A stretch of DNA of 62,997 nucleotides, the filler included, from Lenisia limosa (lineage: Eukaryota; Protista; Breviatea), in the NCBI GenBank assembly GCA_001655205.1. It is 15 parts of 15 records of this genome, joined end to end, with 100 filler letters (N's around TTAATTAATTAA, not from the genome) between each part and the next. Parts side by side here need not be neighbours in the genome. Positions count along the whole stretch, not along the records: positions 21,433 to 26,508 come from LPNZ01004298.1; positions 26,609 to 28,209 come from LPNZ01002751.1; positions 28,310 to 30,779 come from LPNZ01011306.1; positions 30,880 to 34,016 come from LPNZ01009675.1; positions 34,117 to 35,618 come from LPNZ01010802.1; positions 35,719 to 44,973 come from LPNZ01001606.1; 9 more parts are not named here. One strand, 5' to 3'. Both the position numbers and the translations under genes were made by a program. This document shows positions 24,501 through 35,782 of the stretch, piece by piece (positions within the stretch are counted from its first letter, which is position 1; every line of letters starts with the position of its first letter). Under the pieces are notes generated by a model that saw only the letters and a program-made list of their open reading frames with translations, was not told the DNA's origin and ran no database searches.

Positions 24501-26230
24501 GAATGAACCGTCAGGTGAGTCGCATGAAGTCTCAATCTGGGGTTTATCCATCTTTGTTTTTTTTTTGTTTTGTTTTTTGTTTTGTTTTTTTGAGTGAATA
24601 ACATGATATTGTCATATGATGCTGATATAAGCTGCTGTAATATTACATTTGTCTCATCTCCCATTGTTTGTATAATAATAATACGGTTTTCGTTGCATTG
24701 TTGACAGTTTAGTGGAACTTGAGCTGTTCTTCGAAACCGAACACGGGATCGTTTCCCAGATGGCAAGTTTGAAAGGATAATAACGGGTGTCTTTGTTAAC
24801 ATACTGGATTTGAATTGTTCAACAACACATATTTTAGACAGCAGTAAAGTCTAATTCCCTATTCTTACCATCCAGATTTCACCCTATGGTCAGCTGGTGA
24901 GGAGTTCGTTGTACATGCCAATTCACTCTTCGAAATGACTTACGAAGAGGTAGGAACGAATCCTCTGCGAAATGGGTTTTGAAATGCTCCGATGTATATT
25001 TTGCCACTCGCACTTTTTTACCTTTCAGATGATGACTATCAACGGGTCACTGAATACTGATGTGCAGTTTCTTATTAATGGTAGTGTATTCAGATTCCCT
25101 TGATGTTTCTTGTTTTCTATTTTCTTCCCCTTAGTATCATCCACAACTGTAATAACGATTTGTCCAGCCGTGAACCCCCTGAATGACCTGCTACTCAAAG
25201 CCGACCAAATGGTCATTGACTCGGTGCTGGAGTTCTTTGACGAAGAAAGCTTACTACGCGGCGGTGTGTCGTCAGTGTTCTTCTTCATCATCATCCTCAT
25301 GGAGGTTTGCTGAGCTATCCCAGGGAAAGTCTTGAAATGTAAATAAATGTGTTTTCAGAATCTCAGGGAAGATCCCATTTGTGATACACCACAACCATTC
25401 TTTTAATTCACAATACTGATTTCCAAGCTGTTCCTCTTTGGTCCAACTTTGAATAAAATCGAACAAGAGCGGAAGAAGTCCCTCAAACTCTTCCTCACTA
25501 TTCCTTCAGAAGGTCTGTTCCTAAACGGCTTATATCCAATGGGATTAACGTTTCTAACCTTCCAGACATTTCGCTGATTGTCAATACTCTGACTAATTCA
25601 CTGAACACTCTCTCAGAGAAGATTGATGACACGTCCTCAGTTGACTCTTTGGAAGACCCGGCGGTGGGGGGGGGGGGNNNNNNNNNNNNNNNNNNNNNNN
25701 NNNNNNNNNNNNNNNNNNNNNNNNNNNGTAAGGCAAATGATTGGGTGAATTAATATTCTTTTCTATTTCCATTTTCTTTGATAAATGTTATGACGTTGAC
25801 GGCTTCGGACAGAAACTATAGTCTTTTCGACATAATTAGTATTATAACTCGTTAGCCCCTCCCTTCAGGCCTGGACTTCTTTTGTTGTTTTCACCTCTGG
25901 ATTTCCTCTTTCAAAAAGTTTCCATTTTTACTCCCCCGGCGGTATCACCTGATAACATCCCCAGGATCTTGCATCCCTAGCAATTCCGCAAGTGGCTGAA
26001 GACCCCGTTCTGAGTGAAAATGATGTTGAAGTTGTCTCCGACAAGGGATATTCTTCCGAGAGAGGAGGTATGCAGCTTTGGGCTTCACATCTGTCAGAAA
26101 TAGCAAAAAAAACTATGTGGGTATTTAACTATCCCTCACTCACCTGTCTAGGTTCGGACATGATCGAAGTACCCAGTGACATTGAAGAAGAACGAACTGA
26201 AGTGAGCTGGGCTCTGTGGAAAAGAATTAT
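21513..26230 (+). CDS. TmcB/TmcC-like (tiny macrocysts type) multipass membrane protein, partial
   Basis: Helical-repeat exons (FWKILTETDADLNRLPH, LAQIIEKGQFTAQRLFTNLVTDFSR, LMDPETAQMCLGIAEQLRE), TM segments, and IEQERKKSLKLFLTIPSE, which resembles the ER..L.LFL.IP motif of this family. Confidence 0.5.
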
Positions 26231-26608
26231 GTCATCGTCGAATGATACGTTTCTTCGCCTTTCTGATCCCTCAGAACCCTTCCACTGACGAAATCCCCAT
26301 TCCGCCTCTTCAACTCCACTCCGCGTAGGTTTAGTTGCAATATCGATGGTTATCGTGGATATATTCCCGCGGTTTTCTGTTTTCGACCTTTTAACACTGT
26401 AGAAGGGAAGAAGTCACGCTAACCACGTTCACAGACCTAGGCGAAGACTACCCCAAAGCTAAGGTGGGACTATGACGGTGACTCCTATGGTGTTGAAAAA
26501 CAACAATANNNNNNNNNNNNNNNNNNNNNNNNNNNNNNNNNNNNNNNNNNNNTTAATTAATTAANNNNNNNNNNNNNNNNNNNNNNNNNNNNNNNNNNNN
26601 NNNNNNNN

Positions 26609-28143
26609 CTGTTGATAGGGATGGCCATTAGGGCGCGACAGACTCTGAGGCTGGTGTCGGTAACAAGCGCTCCGGTCACCTTATCGCGAACCTTGGATGA
26701 TTAGATGGTATCCTAAAATTAACAGCTTCAATCCGGTTCGAAAATAAGACTGAATTGCTCGATAAATCCTCGAAAAATATCGATATTGTTTCGGTCTTTT
26801 TGTACAGGGTGAAGCACGAGGGGTATCACATTAATACAGCTTCACTTTTGGTTCTAAAAGACCTAAAAATTATCGATATTTATCGATCTTATTTTTCCGA
26901 TAGTGCCCTATTAAGGCGTCATATTATACCTTGTCTGTCGCTTGGTCTTCTCCCCTTAAAAACAAAGGTTTGGACCGTACCCAGCACAAACTTGAATTGA
27001 GACAGAGACACTAGTCTTGTCAGTCAGCGTGCTGGAACCAAGGTTGGTCACTTCCATTTTGTAGGCCCTATAAATAGGTCAAACCCAAGAAAAGATGGGT
27101 GCTCTCCCAACATCACTTTAAAAAGTAATATCGCAATAAATTACACGGAGCTGACCTCCCCCCCCCCCCCCNNNNNNNNNNNNNNNNNNNNNNNNNNNNN
27201 NNNNNNNNNNNNNNNNNNNNNNNNNNNNNNNNNNNNNNNNNNNNNNNNNNNNNNNNNNNNNNNNNNNNNNNNNNNNNNNNTCACCGTTTCTCCGTTGACA
27301 AGAGCTGAAATCTAAAGAAAATAAGACGACTGGATGGAATATGTAGAAACGAGAGGGTAAAACAAAAGGAAGTATCAGGCCGAAGCCACACCATCACAGT
27401 TGTAAATGGTTCTAATGATTAAGGTACAATAACAGGATGAAATAGAGTGAGGGGATGAATACCGACGACATACAAAAATCAAAATACAATACTCATTCAA
27501 GAACAACATCATACCGTCATTTGGTGGGTAGTAACCGTTGAGTACTCCACTAAACCGGAGATCAAGGGCTGCGTTGTGGTGAGAAGAGACAATGTGGCAA
27601 AATGAAAAAAGTTATGACTATGTTTTGTGTGTACGCTCATATTTAAAAATCGAAATCATTACCCCCCCTCTGTCCCTCAAAAGGGGTCTTAATTAGGGCA
27701 GAAGACAGTTGAGATGAAGTGAAGAAAGGAGGGATGAAGTGAAGAAAGGAGGGAAAGAAGGGATGAAGTGAAGAAAGGAGGGATGAAGTGATAAAGTGAT
27801 GAAAGAAGGCTCACTCCGTAAGGCGTAAACTGAAGGATGATGTCCGTGTTTTGTCCTGTATACTCGAGTTGAACTTCCATGTAGCCGTCATCGACAACTA
27901 AGAGGTAAAGGTATTCTTCCAGAAAACAGGAGAATATCGAGGGTTTATCGAGGATTAGTCGAGAATTTATCGTAGAATTAATCGACCTCGGTAAACATCA
28001 ATCGACCCTCAGTAAATATCGATATTCTTCCAGTATTGTCCTAGGAGTGAAGGCCAACTTATCACTACATCACACCATTCCCCCCCCCCCAGACCAGTGG
28101 CACCAACGTAGGTTTGAAGAGCAAAATAGATTCCGTCAACAGC
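26609..28143 (-). CDS. Multi-exon hypothetical beta-rich (probably extracellular) protein, partial
   Basis: Exons read AVDGIYFALQTYVGAT, VVDDGYMEVQLEYTGQNTDIILQFTPYG, LDLRFSGVLNGYYPPND, AYKMEVTNLGSSTLTDKTSVSVSIQ and VRDKVTGALVTD. Confidence 0.5.
27712..27795. repeat. Intronic tandem repeat, ~20-bp unit
   Basis: GGATGAAGTGAAGAAAGGAG repeated about 3-4 times. Confidence 0.8.
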
Positions 28144-28382
28144 CTGAAGGACACGGTTAAAAGGGGTAAATACAGGGAAAGGGGTAATATGCGGGGGGGG
28201 GAATGGTGTNNNNNNNNNNNNNNNNNNNNNNNNNNNNNNNNNNNNNNNNNNNNTTAATTAATTAANNNNNNNNNNNNNNNNNNNNNNNNNNNNNNNNNNN
28301 NNNNNNNNNAAACTAAATCCTCCCAGCTTCGTGCAGTACACTGAGTACCCTGTACGTCACACAAGACATCTCAAGTCTCGAA

Positions 28383-30589
28383 GTGACGTGCCATTGCCAC
28401 GAGGGCTTCAGAGGCAAGCTGTGCGATCTTTGCCCAACTGGATCCTACGACTTCCCGAATTGCAAAGGTGAGGGAAGGTTTGACAGAATAGTGGTTCAAC
28501 CATTCAAATGGGAGGGAAGGGCTTCTGGAATTGAAAACGAAGCCTTTATGAGATTCAGCAATTCACAGAATATATAAATTATTTGCCAATTCATGGAATT
28601 TAGAGTGCCGCTGTGCCGCCGGATCGGCAAGTGACCACTGCTATGCCGACGGCTCCGTGGGTCTGGGTTTTTTGGAACAAGAGAAATAAAATACACATCA
28701 GAAATCTTGGTAAACAAATAAAAACATGGGGATGGGGATGTGGTTTTTTCGGTTTTGGTTTTTTAAAATATATTATTATTTTTGGGGGAAATGNNNNNNN
28801 NNNNNNNNNNNNNNNNNNNNNNNNNNNNNNNNNNNNNNNNNNNNNNNNNNNNNNNNNNNNNNNNNNNNNNNNNNNNNNNNNNNNNNNNNNNNNNNNNNNN
28901 NNNNNNNNNNNNNNNNNNNNNNNNNNNNNNNNNNNNNGACAGGCCTAACATAACCATATGTGATATACTCCCCTTAGGGCTTCACTTCTGTTCAAAAAGA
29001 CTGATAGATTATCGATATTTATCAGAGATTTATCGAGAAATTCAATCTTTTTTTGAACCGAAGTGAAGCCCTAACTTTGCCTTCACTTACGTCGTAGTGC
29101 CCGTGTTTGGAACATTTCAACGGGACAAAATGTGATCAGTGCGTTGACTCTGCGTTTACCTTCCCCGTATGTCTTAAAACTGATCTCTTTTGAATGTTAC
29201 CTCCTGAAATACATAATATTATATCAAGAATATACAGTGACTGCGATAAGTCTTGACACAGTTGACTTAAAATAGAGCTCAAATATCAGGACTGTATCAT
29301 ATCATATGTATTGTAAGGAAGGATACTCCAAATGATTGGGTGGATTAATATTGTACTCTAGTCCAATTCCTCTCATAAGCATGAAGATATAGACAGCTTC
29401 GGCCAGATACTAACAATTTTTATTCATCAAGATATAACCAGGGATTAGTCTTGACCGATTTTCCTTTGGAAATCCTGGTCACTCTTAGGAAGGAGATTCT
29501 TGTTACGTCCTTTAGAACTGCGGGAAAGACTCATGTGATCCTGGTTTCTATAAGTTCCCTGAATGCCTCGGTCTGTGGGATGGAGGATGTGTGTGGTGGG
29601 TATGTGTCGGTGTGTATTAGGGCTTCACTTCGGTTCAAAAAAAAAGACTAAATTTACCAATCCTCGCACTCGTCCAAAAAATCACCGCTCAGCCTGCGAC
29701 TGTGACTCGATTGGAAGTGTGTCAGCTGTTTGCTTCGAAGATGGACAAGTGGGTTATGAGGCAGGGTCCCTCATACGCAAACTACAAATCACCCCTGTTT
29801 GCTTCTCTCTTTATTTATTCAAAAACAGCATTTTACTGGGCTTTGTTTGTTTTNNNNNNNNNNNNNNNNNNNNNNNNNNNNNNNNNNNNNNNNNNNNNNN
29901 NNNNNNNNNNNNNNNNNNNNNNNNNNNNNNNNNNACTCGGATTTCAGCGGACTCAAATGCGACAAATGCGCCAGCTCTTCTCTCACCTTCCCTGTTTGCG
30001 AGTAGTCGTCTTCTTTTATGTATTTGAAGATCAAATATCTTATGTTAGATTCTAACAGATTGTATATCCGGTAGTTTTAGTTTTGATGTCCGGAAACTTT
30101 GATTCTGTCCGGGAGTTTTGATGTTGTCGAATATCTATCGTGTTTCCAAGGTTTTCTCATTAATCATTTTATAAAATGAGGGTTTTGATGCTGTGGACCA
30201 CCTCATTATAATCTAATAGACTGTCACCCCCCTCCCAATCCTATATATTTTCTGTTATAATACTGATATATATCCTCAAATAATTCCATAATACTCACAA
30301 TATCACATTTTAGGACTGCCACCCTCCACACCCTCAAGACAGCTGTGAACCCGGTTTTTACAGATACCCTGACTGTATTGGTAGGTATTATGCAGTTTAT
30401 TGAGCTTATTTCATTTAAGTTTTGAAATACGACATCAACTGCATTTTTTTCTTATTGATCATTTATTTTCCTTTTTTCGTTTGATCATTTTCCTTTTGCC
30501 ATTATATTATTTCCCTTTATTTACATCGCGTAGCCTGTGAATGTAATATGCTGGGTGCTGTCAACAACCGATGCTATAATGATGGACAG
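28383..30589 (+). CDS. Laminin-type EGF (LE) repeat protein, internal fragment
   Basis: Exons read CHCHEGFRGKLCDLCPTGSYDFPNCK, ECRCAAGSASDHCYADGS, CPCLEHFNGTKCDQC, CDCDSIGSVSAVCFEDGQ, FSGLKCDKC..FPVC, CEPGFYRYPDC and CECNMLGAVNNRCYNDGQ. This is 8-Cys LE spacing. Confidence 0.85.
28975..29073. mobile_element. hAT-type MITE (family A)
   Basis: TAGGGCTTCACTTCTGTTC ... GAACCGAAGTGAAGCCCTA. The TSD is degenerate. Confidence 0.88.
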
Positions 30590-30879
30590 GTGGGGAGGGG
30601 GGTAGTAATACTTAATAAAAAGGGGGAGGAAGGAGCAGAAAAAATAGAGAAGAAAAAAAGAGGGATAAAAAGAGAAAAATACGGACAGATGTGAGGGGTG
30701 TCATAAAAACGGAGATATGTTTTTATGTGGTGGTTTGAGTGGATACATGGTGTTTTTTTTTACAATTGCTAAAATGTAGNNNNNNNNNNNNNNNNNNNNN
30801 NNNNNNNNNNNNNNNNNNNNNNNTTAATTAATTAANNNNNNNNNNNNNNNNNNNNNNNNNNNNNNNNNNNNNNNNNNNN

Positions 30880-33699
30880 TCTGGTCTCCTCCTCAGCAGT
30901 CTCGTCACTTGTCTCCTTGGTCTCGGGGTCGAGCGGGTGCTCAAGGCGCCACTCGTGTCTGTCAATCTTCTTCAGGGTAGCCTCTGAGTACTTCACACGT
31001 CTGGAGGGGGGTAATGTAACTTTCAACTAAAACAACTCTGCTATGGGGTATATGCGAGGGCTTGAATACAAAATCCAAAAAAAAAGAGTGTGAGTGTGTC
31101 NNNNNNNNNNNNNNNNNNNNNNNNNNNNNNNNNNNNNNNNNNNNNNNNNNNNNNNNNNNNNNNNNNNNNNNNNNNNNNNNNNNNNNNNNNNNNNNNNNNN
31201 NNNNNNNNNNNNNNNNNNNNNNNNNNNNNNNNNNNNNNNNNNCCATTCACCTGAAAACAGAGACGAAGAATCCTCCAGAGTCTTGAAGGTGGGGGTAGAT
31301 ACGGAGGCAACGGTCAATGTTCATCTTGTTGAGAGTCTGATTGTGATATGTCTGTAAAATTCCCACTTCAATATGGCTGGCGCTGTTGAATCATCATTTC
31401 TATCTGTTCCCAACATACCTCCTTAGGAAGGGGGAACATGCCTGGAACGGTGCGCTTGCGGGCATCTTCCGGGACCTTCAATGTAAGAACTTTTACTCAA
31501 ATATATCCATATCCTGAACATAGGAAAGACTGACAAAGACGTCCATACCGAAGAGGTCTGCATAAGAACTTCTATCCCCCCCCCTCTTCTCTCTCCCTCT
31601 CAAGAATGTCCAACCTCGTTTAAAGAAAGAAACCCATCCAATAAGCCATGCTCACATCTTCATAGGTGTCGTACCACTTGTCAGTGCCACGAGCAGCAAC
31701 ACGCCAGCTGTTCACTCCGGGTCTACGATGGGATAATGCCCTTATTCAATTCGTTCCAAAAAACAATGGATCAATATCTCCCTCGTTTAAACTTAACCCA
31801 ATATACCACTGTTCTATGGGTAAATCGGGGGGTAACCGAAGTTTGTTAACGATGCAATGTACAGTATTAACAAATATTGAGAAAGGCCGACCTTCTGATA
31901 AGGTCTGGGAGCTGAGAGCTAACATCAACAAGCTCAATCTCGTCTCCAAACTCTTGAAGGAGGCTGTGGGCGGTAAGGGCATGGCGAGAAACTCAATGTT
32001 ATTTCAATTTCATAATAATAAGTTAATGTGAATGGGAGGAGTATAAAGCAGCACTGTACAGGTTAAACTGCTGGACGGTTCACCCAGCCCTTAGTACCCA
32101 CCATTGCACAACAGCTTCGTCTTCGATTGGGTTCATAGAGCAAGTGGAGTAGACAAGAAGTCCGTCCTAACGTTATAAGCATGCGTGTATGTGTGTTTCA
32201 TCAAGTGGTGTGGAATATTACCCAGGATTTCAAATTGGAGGAACCATGCTTAAGTGCATGTAATATAGAATGTGAAGAGTCGAGGCAAACACCGTGGTAC
32301 CTTCTCAAGCATTTGCATTCCTCTGCGGGCAATCATGTACTGAAGTTTGTGGAGCGCAAAGCCCTAGGAAGTCACTCAAATGACTGCAGAGCTCTGAGAG
32401 TAACAGCTATTTTGAAAGAAGCTGTCAACTTTTCACAAATAGATTCCGGCCAGCAAACAGCACGACTGCATTACCCCCCCCCCCCAACAGAGTTCATATT
32501 CCAGGTCTTCCAGAGGTCCATGTTCTTTCTGAAGGTACCATCACCACTAAAACGATTAGCCCTCAATATTAAAAACGACAGCAAATGCAGTAACACAGAA
32601 AACAAGACAAAGTGGAAAATTAATTGAGTTAGACCGAGGATACACTATAATAAAAAACGACCTAAAAAAACAAATCACTGACAGAGCCAATACACACATC
32701 CTCAAGCACAGGCACATTTAGGGAGAGAATTATTCTCACCTGCATGGGACGTCACAAAGCACGCGGTCGAATANNNNNNNNNNNNNNNNNNNNNNNNNNN
32801 NNNNNNNNNNNNNNNNNNNNNNNNNNNNNNNNNNNNNNNNNNNNTTCACTGTGTTGGTTGTTTACAAAGAGAAATCAATCGCCAAAACTGCCAAAACCTA
32901 ACAACAGATATAATTATACATGTATAAGGGTGTATTGGCAAGGAATGACCCCATTGCTCACGCCCATCCTTCATCTCAAAGCTTGTCATGCCCTGAGCCT
33001 GCTGGTTGGTCACAATGTAGTTGGGCGAGTTGAGACGCTTGAGCTGGTGGACAAGCATGTAGCAACGGTACCAGTCGGCATCATTGGCAACAACAAGGCC
33101 AGCTATGAGGGGAGGGGGTGAGGACAATTTTGACAAATTGAAACTAGAATTAATTCTGTTTGCTAAATGTTTGTGAAACATGTGTACACAAAACCGTAAC
33201 ATATTGAGCCCAAGCCAGTCGCTTCTGCAGCCCCATATACCATCACCTCGGCACACAAACAAAGGGGGAGCGGGGGGGCAATTATGACAAAAAAAAAACA
33301 GCATACGGTCACTTGTGAAGCCCCTCTTACATGGCATTTCACAGTCAGGCACGCCGATATGAAGGGCCTCGAGAAGCTGAGATGTTTTTGAACCGGGGGC
33401 AGCGCACATGTCCAAAACCTGGGGGAGGGGGGTGAGATATTCGTTCGAGGGGGTATTGGACAGTTGTGTCCTGAAATCACTCGTAGTTTCCCCGGTAAAA
33501 ATGGAGACACAGTCAAATTCATGCTTCGCCCCCAATAAGCCTCGCGTTTTGAGAGTCCTATCATAAATCGAAAACACCACAAGTAACATTTGATTAACCA
33601 CCTACCTTATGCTCGGGCTTGACATCAAGGAAGAACGGAGGAACCATGGAGACAACCTCCTGGCGGGTCACGCGGCCTGTCTCGGACTCAGATACCAGC
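30880..33699 (-). CDS. NSUN2: tRNA (cytosine-5)-methyltransferase Trm4/NSUN2, partial
   Basis: Motifs TRQEVVSMVPPFFLDVKPEHK|VLDMCAAPGSKTSQL, VVANDAD..RCYMLVHQ, DGTFRKN..W, LHKLQ..IARRG and LVYSTCSMNPIEDEAVV. Confidence 0.95.
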
Positions 33700-34859
33700 C
33701 NNNNNNNNNNNNNNNNNNNNNNNNNNNNNNNNNNNNNNNNNNNNNNNNNNNNNNNNNNNNNNNNNNNNNNNNNNNNNNNNNNNNNNNNNNNNNNNNNNNN
33801 NNNNNNNNNNNNNNNNNNNNNNNNNNNNNNNNNNNNNNNNNNNNCCAAAAATCAGCTCTGTTAGCTGCCTAGGCCAGTCGCTTCTGCAGCAAGGCATCCC
33901 ATCGTAAACAGAAATGTTTCACAGAGTATGATACAATAACAAAAAAACTATCAATTTAATTGAGTATTTGGCACCCTCCAAAAAGGCAAGTCAATACTAC
34001 AGGCCATGTCGTAAAANNNNNNNNNNNNNNNNNNNNNNNNNNNNNNNNNNNNNNNNNNNNTTAATTAATTAANNNNNNNNNNNNNNNNNNNNNNNNNNNN
34101 NNNNNNNNNNNNNNNNATGATTTCGATGTATGGGATTTAAGGCAGGTTATAGTTCCAAAACTGGTTCGGTTGAAGGACAAAAAGAAAACCGGAGTGTAAC
34201 TTGAAAAACTTAGATTTAGTGAAAAAAAAATAATATTATTATGCTTTAAGTAGGGCTTCACTTCGGTTCGAAAAAAAGACTGAATTTCTCGATAAATCCT
34301 AGAAAACAATCTATATATATCACCGTCCATTTATCTGTGTTTTTTTCGATATCTGTGTTTTTTGAAAAAAATGGTAAAGATGGAAGCATAACTACTCATT
34401 ACAACAGCTAAAACACCTGCAAATTTGCAACTAAGCCGTTGAATATGCAAAGTCAATGTTCCCAATGATAACTAAAAAAGACATTTTGTTTCAAAGAGAA
34501 AAAAAGAAAAAAACCACCGAAAACTGCAATTACATGTCTGGGACTCGAACCCGAGGTCAAATCTAATTTCGTACAAATGAACTGAACCAGGGTCACCCAG
34601 TTGCCTTTTCACGAAACTTTTTTTTGAAAACGACCTTTCACAAAGTTTAGTGCATTTTTACGTAAATTATCGAGTTTTTTTGCCTTATAAAGTAACACAC
34701 TTGGAAACGCAGAATTCGCTGGAGAACACGTTTATGAGGTTGGTTTTCAGTAAATTATATATATATACTATATATATTATATATATATATTTCCCCGTCT
34801 TTTTCAAACCGAAGTAAAGCCATAGCTTTAAGCCCCTCATTCCCATTGGTGACGCCAAC

Positions 34860-35581
34860 CTGAACAAGTAGAAATAACTGCCCATGGTCGTGACTCAGTC
34901 AAAACCTCCAGTTCAAACAGCTGGGGGGGGGGGAGTAAAATTGGATAATTTAGTAAATGAGGTTCGTATGAGATTCAAAACTGCTGAATAAAACGAAGGA
35001 AACGATGCATAAAGGTGCTGATCACGAAAAGAGTAATCTGAAACTGCAAACAAAAAAAAGTAACAAAGCAAAAACAAATACGAGAAACCAACATTAAAAC
35101 AAGATAACAAAAACACAAAAACAAACTAGAGCCAGCCAGCCTTTGACCACCGCTTGATCACATAACAGATTTTAGAAAGAGCAGAAAAAAAAAAACCCAG
35201 AATCAAATCAGTTGGCTACTCATTTGAGCAATACACGAAGGTAATTACTACTCATTTGAGCAATACACGAAGGTAATTACCAAAAAAAAGAAGAAAAAAA
35301 GCAGGCCAGTCGCTTCTGCTACACCGTTCAGCGCACCACAAAAAAAGGTTGAAACAGCTTAACATCAAACTATTTGTTAACGCAAAAAATATTAATGCAC
35401 GTAGCTCAAGATATGAAACAACGCTTCATCCATCTCACATTAATGATCTGTTGTTCTGAAAGAGAGCCTTGAAGATCCTTCTTATTGGCAACAATGACGA
35501 GCGGGCAGTGTCGCAGTATTGGGTTTTCAAGAAGCACAATCAGCTCGGTGTGCGCCTCATACAGCCGCTCATGGTCTGATG
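34860..35581 (-). CDS. ARF/ARL family small GTPase, C-terminal exons
   Basis: Exon 35581-35431 reads SDHERLYEAHTELIVLLENPILRHCPLVIVANKKDLQGSL (G4 NKxD). Exon 34920-34860 reads ..SRPWAVISTCS. Confidence 0.85.
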
Positions 35582-35782
35582 CTATGGGGGTGTAACATTT
35601 TTAATGGGGGGGGGGGGGNNNNNNNNNNNNNNNNNNNNNNNNNNNNNNNNNNNNNNNNNNNNTTAATTAATTAANNNNNNNNNNNNNNNNNNNNNNNNNN
35701 NNNNNNNNNNNNNNNNNNATTTGTTTCAACAAAACAAATTGAGAGAGAAAATAATTTTGCCTTGATTTGGAGGAAGTTCAAT

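Noticed and set aside
34535-34610. tRNA or SINE from a B-box-like GGTTCGAGTCCC on the minus strand
   Set aside because: I could not build an acceptor stem, D arm or A box, and the segment may be part of an open frame.
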